Assembly (NCBI GenBank): GCA_900088475.1
Contig: FLMG01000265.1
Location: 257,207-321,206, forward strand
Source: Hyphochytrium catenoides
Taxonomy: Eukaryota; Protista; Hyphochytriomycota
Direction of reading: 5' to 3'
Length of the DNA stretch: 64,000 nucleotides
The notes under the pieces were generated by a model. It made no database searches. It was given only the letters and a program-made list of their open reading frames with translations, and was not told the DNA's origin. Made by a program: the position numbers and the translations under genes. Positions within the stretch are counted from its first letter, which is position 1. Every line of letters starts with the position of its first letter. This document shows positions 23,729-41,200 of this stretch, one piece after another.

Positions 23729-26299
23729 ATGGAGATGACAAAAGAAGCCCTGAAGAAGTCATGTCGGGAGCACAGCCTCTATACGACGCCCTATCTCAAT
23801 GATAAGCTCTACCTTCACTATAAGGTAGCCCCTCCTCAGTGCTATACTCTGTTTGAGACCCTGCTGGCTTAAGGTCTAATAACTTCTAATCTTCAGGGGT
23901 ACCGTCGCATCCAGAACCTGGAGGAGTACACCGGTGTCCGAGTTCTCTGGCTAGAGGGCAACGGCCTAGGAAAGATTGAAGGACTGGAATCCTGCACGCA
24001 GTTACGATCGCTCTATCTGCAGGAGAACATCATAGAGAAGATTGAAAACCTTGATAAGTTGGTACGTCCAGAGATAACGAAGTGCATGGCCGTAACGTAT
24101 CGTCTCTGAAAGGATGAGGGTCAATGTCTATCGATGAAGGGACCTGAGCTGTAACCATTCCCATCGCTGTTTCCTCACGGTATGGCCCTATGACCTATGC
24201 TTCTTCGTCTACAGACTGTGCTGGACACGCTGAACCTAAACCAGAACTGCATATCAAAGATTGAAAACCTTGGGAAGCTTCCAGCACTAACGGTGAGCTC
24301 TCTTTCTGACTTCTTATATTGGAACCCTCGCTTGTGCGGTCCGTAGGATCCATACTCTTGATTATTCGCCTTCCGTGTCGTTTCTTTACCGGTTTTATGT
24401 CGCTCTTACGACGTCACTTGTAGACTCTGCACCTTAAAGGGAACTATCTAAGCAAGAAAGAGGATTTGATGGGTCTCCTGGAGATTCCGTCTTTGTCCGT
24501 GCTTGACGTACAGAGCAATAGAATAGAAGATGAAGGGATCGTTGACATTCTCATTCGAATGCCCAACCTCTCGGTCTTATATCTTCAGGTCACCTAGCTT
24601 CTTTACCTTTGATGAAAAGTTGCTGCCGCGTTGGCGACTAGTACTTCCTATGATCCCCTCAAGCACTTTGCTAGTCCTTTCTTCTCGGGCGGGGGCCCCG
24701 TCCTCCCGGCGTCTCGGCGTGCCCGTTTGTTGGTTCCTTCAAGTGCGACAGAATTTATCTATCTCCCTTTGAGCTTAATCGTCACCAGTAAGCCTCTCAG
24801 TCAGCCTATCTTTCAAGAGATCCCAATCCCTTTGCACCTCGGTTGCACGGTCATCGTCTTGCCAAATCACGTTTCCCTGACTCCCTCGCGGCCTATGTTG
24901 TCCTCTCTTTACATTAAAGGGGAACCCTGTCTTAAAAAAGATCAAGCACTATAGAAAAATGGTCATCTACAAGTGCAAAAAGCTCCAGTACCTGGACGAC
25001 AGACCCGTTTTTCCGGAAGAGAGGCTCCGCGTAGAGGTAACGAGAGTATTTGGCACCAATTGTCCAGTAAACCACCGCAGGCACTCATTAGCTCGGGGGT
25101 CCCATCTTTCCATACTCCCAATCTAAACCTTAGGCCTGGGGCAAAGTATACGAAGAGACAGGGGACGTGCAAAAGGCGAATGAGGCAGAGAAGGAAGAAA
25201 TTGCCCGCCAAAGGAAGGAAAAGCTGGAAAAAGACGAACGAAACTTCCAGATGTTCAACCAGATGATGAAAGAAGGAATGGCGTACCGAGCGCAGCAAGA
25301 GAGGCTTTCTAACAATGCAGAAGAGGGGCCTGAGGTAAAGCCCTTTTTTACCTCTACTTTCTATACTCTGTGGAGGATATGTGCCACCTGCTTCCTTCAC
25401 TCTCTATCCGGGGCCTTGACTCCATTGTGGTTTTAGTCCTTACTATGGGCCAAACATTCGCTTACTCCAGCTATCAGCTAGCAGATAGATTGGGCTCATT
25501 CTCTGGCTTTCAAATGACATTGTCTGTACCTGAGTGATTTCAACTCTTTGCAGATCAGTCCCTATTCTGGAGAGCCAATCGTAGCCGCTCAAGATTCTGC
25601 TCTGGTCACAAAGGCGAGAGAGGAGAGATGGGCGAGAATTGTAGGAGAGGCCGTGGACCCCGCGAAGTCAGAAGAGCCAGAAGCTAATGGAAAGCAAGAA
25701 GTCGCTCCCGATCACTCTCTGGAGACGCTGACGCTGGTGAGCATGACTCCGTTGCTGTTGATTCCATCTAAATTAAAAGCACTTGTTGGCATTGTCCATG
25801 TCTTATCTCTTATAATGTGGTGCCCCAAGCTCGGCCACTCATAGACTACACTCTGCTATCTTGTACCTTCACTATCGCTTATAAGCTTGCTTCTCTTCGT
25901 TGATCGCTCTTTATACCCTAACCTCTCGTCAATTATTCCGGCGAAGGTCTCGAAGGTTGGAACAGGGGATATCGTGTCAGATGGGAGTAGGCCGGACGCT
26001 GATGTGCAGAGTTTGGCACAGAAGCTGAAGGCTGCCAAGCTAAAGTATGAAAGTCTTCCAGACACACAGGTCAGCGTGAACCAATAAAGGAAGTCAGAAC
26101 AAGAAAGAGAAAGGAAAAGTGATAGGATGACTTATTTTCTGTACCTTAGGAGCAAGGTACTGGCACATTCCACCGTCTAATGAAAGAGGTCAGAACGGAA
26201 GGCCACCCTGAGGCCACTGCTATTGCTAGTGAAACCGAGACAAATCAGGCAGTCCTAGAGGGCCGGGCTGCAGTGACAGCTGTCGATGACATGGATTAA
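23729..26299 (+). CDS. DNAAF1: Dynein axonemal assembly factor 1 (LRRC50/ODA7-like LRR protein)
   Basis: [32 protein letters not shown]|[30 protein letters not shown].., SDS22-like LRRs, LRRcap '[21 protein letters not shown]', then a coiled-coil. Ends VDDMD*. Confidence 0.92.
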
Positions 26300-26742
26300 C
26301 GTGGACGGATACGGAGGACAAGGGCTTGGAGAGCCCTTTTCTTCAGTTCCGCCAAAACGCCTAAGTGGACTTACCCTCGGCAACACAGAGGGATGACTCT
26401 GACTAGGTTTAGGAGGGTAATTTAAGTCGTCGAAATACACTCCGCTTGTACGTAGAATGGCAGAAGCCAGAAACTAGGAGGAAGAGAGTGAAAGGTCAGC
26501 CTATTAGATTTCTAGTGACGCCATCCTAGCAACCTCTACTTATATGCGGCACTGAAGGCCAATGCCCAAGGCAGACTGGCGGCCGTGATCATGATTAATA
26601 ACCACGTGAATAGTGTAAAAGACAATAAATGATATTGCATGAGGTGCGTGTGCTCTGAGTATAGTAAGTACAAGTTTAGTGCTGTGTGCGCTTTCTCTTC
26701 TTTATCAGACTGTTCTTCTATGCCTGGTGCTTCGCCTGCCAT

Positions 26743-31044
<4,302 letters not shown>

Positions 31045-32093
31045 TTGGATCCTATTTTAAAGCCCCTCTAAAGGCTTGTTCAGCAGACCCATCGTTGCCT
31101 CTCTGTCACCTTAGGGCAGCGAGTTCCCGTGGCTGCCTCAATAGCGTCTAGACCTACGCTGCTGAAGCTAGGGCAGAGCTCCAGATTAGGCCGTGTTCAC
31201 TCGGCCGGCCGGATATCCCCCATAGATGCGCCATATACTCGTACCTTTGTCTCCTCTAGCTTCAGTGAGGAGGTTGGAAGCCTTCATTCTTCTTTCAGTC
31301 TTTCATCTGTCCCGAGGTCTCCCTGTCCTAGTCCGTCTTCTGTTAATCTGGTTCCCTCTATACCTCTCTTACGGCTCTCTGTCTCTCTCCTTTAGCTATC
31401 TCTCTGTCCTCCATTTCCCGTGGTTACTTTGCCGCCTTCTTTGGCGAGCTGCTTGGTTCTGCCTCGTCATCTCTCTTCCCCCCTCCTTCCTTGCCACATG
31501 GTGAACGACTAAAGCTGCTCACCTCTTTCTCTTCTCTCTCTCTCTCTCTGTCTGTCTGCGGTCTGTGTCTGTGTCCGTCTTTCTCTCTTTCTTGTGTCGC
31601 TGACTCTCCACTAGCTGTCTCTCCTCTTTCTGTCTCTCCGTCTTTCTCTCTCTCTTATTCTCTGTCTGCCTTGCAGAAAAGAATTGATGCAAGGTGATCG
31701 ATGAAACGGACCGTCGTAAACCAGTACGCTTACACATGGAATCATTCAGGATGAAACTTTTAGGGATTAGGAATAAAGATTGTTTACAGGTCGTTAGCGT
31801 CCTTGAGTCGGACGTTAACGGCCTCTCGTGCTTGAAAAGGAAAGGAAGCGAATCTGCAACTTCTCTTTTGAGCTCTCTCAGAGGTCATGCGAGCAGCGCT
31901 GCTCCGAAGTAGTCTTTGGCCTCTGATCCCTTGTGGACGTCTGATGCTTATTGCCCGCATTTCGTCGCTCAGGCCTCTTAAGACGTCTGAGAGCGAGGAC
32001 TTTTACACCTGAGAAGCCGGTCACGATCGCGCTGGTGCTATGACAAGCTGAGGATTAGTCGTTCAGTCTCAGTGCCTTTTTATAATAACGTTC

Positions 32094-34198
32094 TTATATT
32101 GCTTCCTCTATCCACCGCGTGTCGCTGCCTTTGAATTCTCTCTTCCTACTAAAGTAGAGCACTAGCTCAAAAGTCATAGATGTTATAGCACTCAGAAAAC
32201 CCTTAGACGCGAGCTTTGGCCCTAAACCTCTAGCGAATGCGTAGATGCCTTCCTCCTGATAAAGAACCCGGAACCCATGGAGAAGGTTCTTGTAGCGTGT
32301 GGGAACGTTAGGATCGGGAGGACGATGTAGGTTTTCTTTTCCTATTTGGGGGACTCCAGCTGCAACCTCCACGGCAGCAGGTGTGGCTACATTGGGGACG
32401 CCAACCTGAAGTCGTGTCTTGACCACATCTAGAGGGTTGCAAACAATAGACGTGATAGTGCCCGCAATGTAACCTGACGCGAAGATCCTCGTATGGTTCT
32501 TCCACGGTGGGCTGGTGACCTGTAAAGGGCATCAGATGTCATACTTATGAAGGAGGATGCCAGAGAATAATCGGCCCACAAGAGCATAGAGAACCTTCAC
32601 CGACCCTGGCCGTAGAGCAGTATTCAAGTTCACCGACCCTGGCCGTAGAGCAGTATTCAAGTTGAATGTGGCCCGCAAAGAATAAGTCACCCAAACAAGG
32701 CGCTAATGCCAAGCAAAGGTGCAACTACAATATAGCAGAGTGTCTCCAGTTTGTTTTTTGCCCTACCGGAGCTCCTTCTTGGTGCGGCTCCGGCGTCACG
32801 GGAAAGCGTCGCCCAATGATAACCTTACTTCGTTCATAAACAGCCCACCAAACGCTTGACGCGAGTCCTGAGGTAACAGACGGTGAGAGTTTGAGAGTGT
32901 ACAGCGGGACCGCGAACTACCCGCTACCAAGCATACCAGAGAAGAATACCAAACACGTCGACAACAAAAATGTACCAAGACCACATTCACTAAGTAAGAG
33001 CCTCAGATTCATCCAGGAGATGAGAAGCTCTTTTCCAGCGGATAAGGAGATCTCCCCCAGCGGATGAGAAGATTCTTGAGAGGAGAAATGCTTCAAAGAG
33101 CCTAGAAGCAAGGTCAGATGATGCCCACCGTAGAGCACCAGGGTCGCTCCAGCTCCCCGGTACAGAGCTCTGACTCCTTCCTCCTCTATGACTTTCTTCA
33201 CCGCATACATTCCTCCTCGGTACTTGTTGCCATCTGCCTGAATCTTCTGCACGACGACATCCACCGGCACAGATGCTCCTAGACGAAGAGACGTGAACCA
33301 GCACACCATGTTGTCAATGCTGGTATCTCTTCTTAAGGCTTTTCTCTTCTTCCGTTGGACTTTCTTTGCCACCATCGCTATGTCAAGCACCTTCTTCGCA
33401 TTCTCAAGTCCTCTACTTCCCTGACATTTACACTCACCTATGCTAGCGCCTTCAGCTATAAGACCCGCCAGAGACGGCACATAAGTAGTCTTCCAAGGGC
33501 TCGAAGAAGTTGGATCCCAACCAAGGGCATCTTTAGCGTAAATGTACGTCATTATGTAGATGGCATACGAGGGCACGTAGCTACACCAAGGTTATCGAGA
33601 GAGAAGAGTGAGCCGTGATGGAAGCGTAACGCCAAAAGCCAGCGTAGAAACGAGTGTTGGGCCGCATTCCCATCGTAGATGAGAGTAAAGATAAGAGGAT
33701 AAAAGCACCGACCAAACGAGAGCAAGATTCCTGGGAACGCCCGGGTGAATACATTCTTCTTACCCCAAAGAGCATGACCAGTAACCCTTGTACAAGCCTT
33801 TAAATCCGTCATTCTTGAGGACCCCTCGCAGCTGCTGTTTGGTAAGTTCAAAGGCACCAAGCCTAGAAGGACTAAGATTAGTCTAGTGCTCAAGCTAAAC
33901 ATTAGAAGTGGATCACTTGGAAGCAGGTGGAGAATAAATAGTCGCTGAGCGCTTCCTTCTAGAGAATGCGTTGCCAGCCTCATTCACTCCAGACATCCAA
34001 ACGTCGTGGTCAATACCTAGTTGTGATGGTTCTGTCCACTTGCTCCTTGGTCTTCAGCAGAAAGAACGGATAAAAGACGGCATTTTCCACCACTGATAGA
34101 CAGCTTGAGAGGACCATGAGTCGAGGCACGCTGAGCTCCTGCCATCGAACGTGATGCGGGTCAAATTTCGCACCATCGCTGTTTCGCTCCGGTAGCAT
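32094..34198 (-). CDS. Mitochondrial carrier (SLC25), SLC25A44-like
   Basis: Three carrier repeats with signature variants 'PFFLLKTKEQ', 'PVDVVVQKIQ', 'PLDVVKTRLQ', plus 'DGFKGLYKG', 'EEGVRALYRG', 'EEGIYAFARG'. Confidence 0.9.
32596..32661. repeat. Perfect 33-bp tandem duplication (ttcaccgaccctggccgtagagcagtattcaag x2), apparently intronic in the carrier gene
   Basis: Direct sequence comparison. Confidence 0.9.
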
Positions 34199-35128
34199 TG
34201 GGGGAAGAGGTTGAGACTCCCTGCTTGAGAAGTGGTGCTTGCACCTCCACTACTTACACCTAGGCACTGAAAACCCGTAGGAGCCGAAGTCGTCAGACGT
34301 ACAATGCAACGGTTCAGCTACCTAAAAGACATGCTGTCCCAGCACGGCCCCTATACTTCAGTGAGATGGCCGGCGCAATGCGGTTATTCGAGAGCGACCT
34401 CTCTGTCAAAAGGAAGCTCACCAATCTTCCAGCACCAACCGAAGCACTGTAAGATGGTGGAGCCTAGATATACCTAGGACTAGCAATGAAAGCTTGAGAA
34501 GCGATAAATTATACGGAGTAATGCTAACAGGAGAAGCGATCCTGATGGCTGCTGTGAAGGGCGAGCGGCCTGTCAGTTGAGGGAGATGAGAAGCTCGCCG
34601 AAAGGGTAAGCGGCGATCCTCGTTCGAAGACAGTCGAGGACTGTGATGATGATCACTCATGGCTCGAGGATCAAGTGGTGGGTTTGTGCCTACAGGCTGC
34701 TTATCATAAGAGGTTGTAACGCCTTAGCTTTGTGTTAGAGCCGTGTGTTTGGCGTTATCAAGATATTGGAGCTCAGACAGGGGTTCTTTGCGACGATTAT
34801 TGGAGGCATGGCTCTACAAAGGCTAGAGATGACTGTCTATTACAGGCTTTTGTACCCATAATACGATAATCGTCGGAAAGGCTCGAGGCTGGGAGGCTTG
34901 AAGATCTGTGCTGACTGAGAATCCTTTGGTCAACCAAGGAGGTGAACATTGATTGATGAGTCTCCTTTGATCATTGTCATCGAGAACTGGGTCAGCTGCT
35001 CGCTCTTGCTGCCGGACAGAGGCCTCGTGGAGCCTGACTGTTGTTCGTCTATCTACCGGCGTGAGCTCTTTTTCTTTCGTTGAGACTCTGCGTGTTCGAC
35101 CTAAGTAGGTGATGATAGTCAAGCTGTC

Positions 35129-36703
35129 ATGGCGACAGTAGGGCCAGACATGAGGGGCAAACCTTTGGTGGTGGTTGGAAGCATCAATGCTGATATCTAC
35201 GCTGAGATCCAGCGCCTTCCCGGCCCAGGTGAAACGATCACCGGTCGAGGCGGCAATGTCCTAGCAGGAGGCAAGGGGGCCAATCAGGCGGCTGCAGCAG
35301 CGCGCCTGGGTTATCCGGTCAAAATAGTGGGACAGGTAGTAAGGCCAGTGCACATGCGTACTCTCTGCCATCAAGTATCTGACTGCAGCAGTGCTAACGT
35401 CAGGCTGGCAGGTTGGGGATGATGCTAATGGGAAGTTTCTTCTCTCGACGCTGCAAGAGTGTGGTGCAGATGTGACCAATGTCAGGACTGTCGAATCCTG
35501 CCCCTCTGGCCAAGCGATTATACTGCTTCAGGCGGATGGAGATAACAGTATTGTCGTTATCGGTGGGGCAAATCGTGCCTGGAACGGGCTGCAACCGTCT
35601 ATAAAGCAAGTGATTCAAGAGGCCGGCTTGGTCCTTCTCCAGCGGGAAATACCGCCTGCTATCAATGAAGCTGTCGCAAAGGCATGTTGGGATGACCTTA
35701 GGATAGCAACCAGCAACTCTCCTAATCAAGCACTCACTATTGCGCTGCGTGGTGTTATAGGTTGCGAAGACGAGTGGGGTCGGTGTTATCTTGGATGCTG
35801 GAGGCTCGGACGAGAAGCTTAGCTCTGATTTACTGCACTCGCTGTCCATCCTGAGCCCCAACGAAACAGAACTAGCCAGTCTGACTGGCCGTAGCACAGG
35901 TAAAGTATATCCATGAGTTTGCCTTCCTGTGAGGCCAGAGTATTGACTGTTCCGCACGGCATAGACCGAGAAGAGGACGTAATAGATGCCGCTAAGGAGC
36001 TAATGGAAAGTCAGGTATGTCAAACTCCATGGATCAAGCAGCAGTAGTGGCCGTGACAGGACTCAGAAATACACCTTTTGATCTGAATAAAACTCTAGGG
36101 GTTAAACGAGGTGCTAGTCAAACTCGGAAGCCGTGGCTCGATGGTGGTTAGTAGGGGTTCAGATGACAACGTAGTACGGCAGAAGGCCTTCAAGGTGCAT
36201 AAAGTAAGACAGACTCCCGTTTGTGGTGGTTGAGAGTCAAGACAGTGAATGAATGTCGACGTGATGGCCGTAGGTAGTGGACACGACAGGTGCAGGGGAC
36301 TGCTTCACTGCGGCTTATGCAGTTGGACTGCTGAAGGGAAAAAGCGAGAGTGAAGCCTTAGAGTATGCATGTAAGAACCAGCTCTTACTTATTCTTTCCA
36401 CCTTCCTCTACTCATGGGATCAGTAAAGATTGCTTACGCCTAGAGGCGCCATGATAAAATCCATCATTTGTTGCTGTTCTTGCGATATGCTTTATCTTCT
36501 TCATGCTTGGTCCATTGCTGCCGTCTTCGCACTTCTGCATCCATTTCCTGTCCCGGTGGTGAATAACTAACGGCCTGTATGAAGCTGCGGCTGCTGCTTT
36601 GTGCGTTGGGAGGAAAGGCGCCATTCCTAGCATGCCGTCTGAACAGGAAGTCCAAGCCTTTCTTATCAACTATCATAAACAAAAAGAAGAAGGAACCAGA
36701 TAG
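35129..36703 (+). CDS. RBKS: Ribokinase (PfkB family), multi-exon
   Basis: 'VVVGSINAD', 'PGPGET', 'GGKGANQAAAAARLG', 'VGDD', 'LLQREIP', 'LSPNETEL', 'VKLGSRG', 'VVDTTGAGDCF', 'RKGAIPSMP'. Confidence 0.96.
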
Positions 36704-36818
36704 GAGCTACGGAGTTGGTAGTGAGGAGCTTATCTTACATAAATTATGTACATTCGCTTTTGCGTGCTAGTTTACAATGCCTAGACCACAACTTAAAGTC
36801 TTCCCGAATAACCTCTCC

Positions 36819-37559
36819 TTATCGCAACGCTATGGAGAGATTCTCAGCAGGAATTTGTCGGTCTGATCTCATCTTTAGTGCTTCCGCCAGGTCCGGAACG
36901 CTGACGGGACACATGGCTCGATCTACGTCTACATCAGCGTATCCTAAGATAACATTACCATGGGCGAATGTGACGTGACGGCGAGGTTTACTATCTTCAC
37001 TTGAAGTCGTTGAACCCGAGCCGTCGTTTTTTCCTGAGCTTCTTCGTCTCTTTCTCGAGGCATGTGGCTCAATCGCAGACAGGATGTCATGCGCTCTCTT
37101 CCTGTACTTGATCCTATAGTTAAGAGCTTCTCTGCGAAGGTTGAGATAAGGGTGGCTCCCTGTGCTTGCCTCACTACTCGTTAGAGATGTATAGAAAGTC
37201 TGCAACGGGTCCCCAAGCTCCACCGTCGCACCTTCTTCTTTGAACAAAGCTTTCAACTTCTCTACCGCCATTTGAAGGAAGTCTCTAGCCCAGGTGGTTC
37301 TTCCCGGAAAGTGGGCGCAGATACTTGCTAGATGAGAAGCTAGCTGAGAAAAGAAACGCGGGTAGTCTTCTACCGTCTGCACCGACTTCACAAGGTACCT
37401 GAGGCTCTGGCTCAAGATACACTCTATGGGACTATCGTCAACAGTCATCTTAGCTGGTACCGTTGACTCAGTCGACATAACTGGATCCGGCGAACCGTTC
37501 GAGCTCTGCAACTCAACACCGCCGAAGTGTCCTCCTCCCTGGCCATCGTCTTGCACCAT
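36819..37559 (-). CDS. Hypothetical intronless protein with basic NLS-like patch and RVxF-like motif
   Basis: Uninterrupted ORF of about 246 codons from the first ATG, with protein-like composition, 'RKRRR' and 'RRHVTF'. Confidence 0.6.
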   Translation of the reverse strand: MVQDDGQGGGHFGGVELQSSNGSPDPVMSTESTVPAKMTVDDSPIECILSQSLRYLVKSVQTVEDYPRFFSQLASHLASICAHFPGRTTWARDFLQMAVEKLKALFKEEGATVELGDPLQTFYTSLTSSEASTGSHPYLNLRREALNYRIKYRKRAHDILSAIEPHASRKRRRSSGKNDGSGSTTSSEDSKPRRHVTFAHGNVILGYADVDVDRAMCPVSVPDLAEALKMRSDRQIPAENLSIALR

Positions 37560-38125
37560 CCTAGCCTTCCGTATGCTGCACTTCACCGTCGAAGGCAGGA
37601 ATGACAACGATCTCTGGGATCTGTGATGGAAAGTTCTCAAGGAGAATCGGATTTACGGACCGTCTTGAATGTTATAACTTCACTTCGATTAAAGGAGTTC
37701 TTGGTATGCGGGCCTTTCAACTCTCTCAGATACCGAGTATCCGTGAAGACTGAGTGACTCCTCGTAAGCTCTCCAAAGACTCATTAATAGTGATAGCGCC
37801 TCCGCCAGTCTGTCATCTAGAGACCTTGTAGCTGGTCTTTGTAGAGAGATTTGGCCGTTGTTAACGAGAGAGAGAAGAGAGAATAATACTTTTGCGCCGG
37901 CTGCTGTTGGCAGTTTGCGAGTCAGGTGCTGGTGTGCCTCCTATGCCCTATCCTTTCTGTATGCAACAGTCCAACAGTCTGTGGTCTTCTCCCCTCTCTC
38001 TTTCATATCTCTTGAAGTGTAGACTGTCCTATCTCCTCTCCTCATCTTGCTCCTTTTTCTGTTTCCCGACCTTGATATGCCTCTGTCTCACCAGGAGCGG
38101 GTGCAGTTGTGTTGTTTCCAAGGTA

Positions 38126-38206
38126 NNNNNNNNNNNNNNNNNNNNNNNNNNNNNNNNNNNNNNNNNNNNNNNNNNNNNNNNNNNNNNNNNNNNNNNNNNN
38201 NNNNNN
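38126..38206. other. Assembly gap within CT-rich low-complexity tract
   Basis: Run of n characters. Confidence 0.99.
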
Positions 38207-41200
38207 TCTCTCTCCTTTCTCTCTTTCTCTCTCTCCTCTCTCTTTTTCTCTGTCTCTCTCCCTCTCATCTCTCTCAACCCTGTTCTTCTCACGGTGTTCT
38301 ATCTTGGATTTCTCTCTCTCTCGCTGTTTCTCCCGCATTCTCTCTGTCTTCACTCCCTATCTGCAGCTTTCTAGTGTTATTCTTGTTCTCTGTCTCTTCT
38401 CTCTCTTCTCACTCTTCCTCTCTCTCTTTTGTACTTTCTTCTTTCTCCGGCTCTCTCTCTTTGATGTTTGAGTTGCTCTCTGTCTGTTCACCGCCCTTCC
38501 CTATTTTTCCCTGTGGCTTGCTCTGTCTCTCACATGTCAGATTATTGCTGCCTCTGTCTCGCTCTCTCCTTGCTAGACGCGCTGCTCTAGAACTAGAACT
38601 ACCTATCATGCCCCCCACCTCGTCTCTGGTGTACATGTGTACACGTACAGCACAACTGGTCACCAGACGACATCTCCATGGAATCTGTCTCCCACCGTCC
38701 TTCCAGTTTCTACTTAATATACATGAATCAGCCGCTCTACATCATGACTCTGACTCACTCTGTCTTGTGCCCGTCAACGACAAGGACCCGAATCTTTGGG
38801 TTCCGCCGCCCCTGTATCGCTGACACTTCAACATCACCATGTTGTGCATAGGGAATAATAGTCCAGGACCCTGCAGTAAGAAGGGTCCCCATAACTACTT
38901 CAGGAGCAGTAGTAATATCAGGTACCAATGCCCCTTGCTAGGTTTGACTTGTCAATTAGAGAGTGAATTGACATAAATGATGGGGGTGGTACTGTAGCGT
39001 TGATGGGAATAAGGCCTTAATTTAAGTCACTCTGTCAAATAAGAGGTCTATATTGAACTTTTTGCATTTTTGTGTTCTTATTACTGGGGAAAGGAACGTT
39101 TATAGAGAGGAAGAAACGACCAGGATTTTTTACTCGAGTCTGCCCAAAGATTCTCCTGGAACCTTCATCGTCTCTCCTCTCTCGCCATTTCCATTGCAAC
39201 CAAGCGTCATACCTTCAGAATCTTCGGATTGACATGAATCGTCACAGTCTTTATACTTCTAGGCTGGACTATCGTCATTTGGAAGACACTGCCGGAGGCT
39301 TATCGTCTCTAAGCAATGTATTGTATGCGTCATGGAGTAGCCAAGTTGCCGGCATAGAGTGCGGAGCTTCTGCCAGGCTTACTGGCGCTGCCGGAAGCTG
39401 TTCTTAAAAGATGAGCATAGCGGATGTCCACATTTTATCGCCAGGGCGACGGAAACGGGCTAGAGTTATTGGGAGCTAGCCACATGAAGAAGGCACTTGT
39501 TGGACACTGCGGTGTTTTAATAGTCAAGGCTAGTTCGGGTGGTGATCCTATAGTGACATGAAGGTTGTGATCACAGCATGTAAGACTCTAATGAAGGAGT
39601 CAGTCCATATATCAAGGAGCCGGCGATCAAGCTAGTAAATCTTTGGCCCGGTTTGCAGGGCTCTGTAGTGAAGGAGTCATGCTTCTTGCTGAAAACCACA
39701 GATTCTCTCAATTGGAGGGTGACCTAGTTAGGCAAAAGCAAACAACCCTGATAAGCCCCGGTTACCTAGAACACCTGCAACCTCGACGACAATCCTTGCC
39801 TAACCAGGACAGCAGAAGAAGGCCCCTTCTCAGGCAGCATGCTCTCTGAGTAGTGTTCACGCAGTACCGTCCCTATAACTTAAGGTAGTAGCCAGACAGG
39901 GATTGCGTTATTCGCGGCGGTACCCAAGAGCGCCAATGGGAGTAATGTCACTCGTCAGGGCGGCCGCCATCCTCCCTGTCGTCTATTGGATGCAAGGCAT
40001 TATACACGCTTTCTACAGTCGCTCTCATTTTGTCATCAGTACTACGCTCAACGCTGGCTCTTTACTGGCTTGTAGCCCGTCAACAGATCCCATCTAGCCT
40101 TGGGAAGTACAAAGCGCTGAAGAGGAGGACTGAAACGTACATCTGGGAATACCTCTATTGCACTGTCTGTCTGTTTGTCCAGAAAGCTATGCCACCGTCA
40201 GAGGCTGAGGGAGAGCCGCCTTTATACATCCTTTTGACATCCTTCTTGGATATCTTCACTTCCCAAACCTCCGTTACCGGCTATCTCAGTAACGGCCCGC
40301 TTTCTATATCGTCCTTTGGTTCTAACCACCAAGTGGTTCTTCCTCTCTCTGTCACTTCTTTCCTCTCCCTTCCTCCTTTCCTCTCCCTTCCTCTCTCTTT
40401 TCCCTCTCTCTTTCCAGGTCTGGTTCTGCTCTCTCATCCCCCAACCCGCATTGTCGCTTGCTTTCTCTGTGCAGCTTTGACTTAATCGTCTCGAATCACC
40501 GCTCCTTTTTGCGTTTCTAACTTGTCAGAAGCCATACGGCTTGTGGAAGTCCCTTCTCCTTTCTTCCTCAACTCTGCGTCCTTTCTCCTTTTCACTTGCT
40601 GGTCCAATGAAGGCAAGGTTGCCTGAGAAGCAATGGTGAAGGCTGAGGGAGGCTTGACTATCTTGGACGGGTGGTAGAGTCTCTGTTGCTTCTGTTCTCT
40701 TTGTATTCTATGTAGTCTCTCTTCCCTGCAACCTCCTAATGTTGCTGCCTTCATAAGCTTCCTATGTGTCTATCCCATTACCGGGCTGGCACAAGTAGGA
40801 CAGACGGCAGAGTCTTTGCTTCTTTCACCAGCCTTGGGACCAGGCACACCGTGTGACGCGCACGTAACGTACCATGGAGCTTTGTCTACGTTAGGAAGTG
40901 GCATTTCTCACCGAGCTCGGGTTCCGAATTATGAAGAGCACAACCAGAATAACATCATGCAGCAAACCTGTGTGAGTTAGCGGAGTTATACTCTGGGCCA
41001 TAGGAACTCGCATTACCTGTATACAGTTCCGCTGTGTGCGCTTGCTTGGCTCTCTGTCTCTCTTTATCTTTCTCTCTTTCTTCTGTCTCTCTGTCTCTCT
41101 CTCTTAACGTAATCTTCTCTGTTCCTAGCTTTCTCCAACTCTTCACTTGCCTAGCTGCAAGGATTTTTGCTGTTCTTCTTGCTGTCTCCGTCACTGTTGG

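Noticed and set aside
32596-32661. CRISPR-like repeat (33 bp)
   Set aside because: Only two adjacent copies, no spacer, no cas genes, and a eukaryotic context.
38029-38823. Long S/L/F-rich and E/R-rich ORFs (also at 31129-31737, 41489-41833, 50675-51279)
   Set aside because: These are translation artefacts of CT/GA microsatellite tracts and N-gaps.
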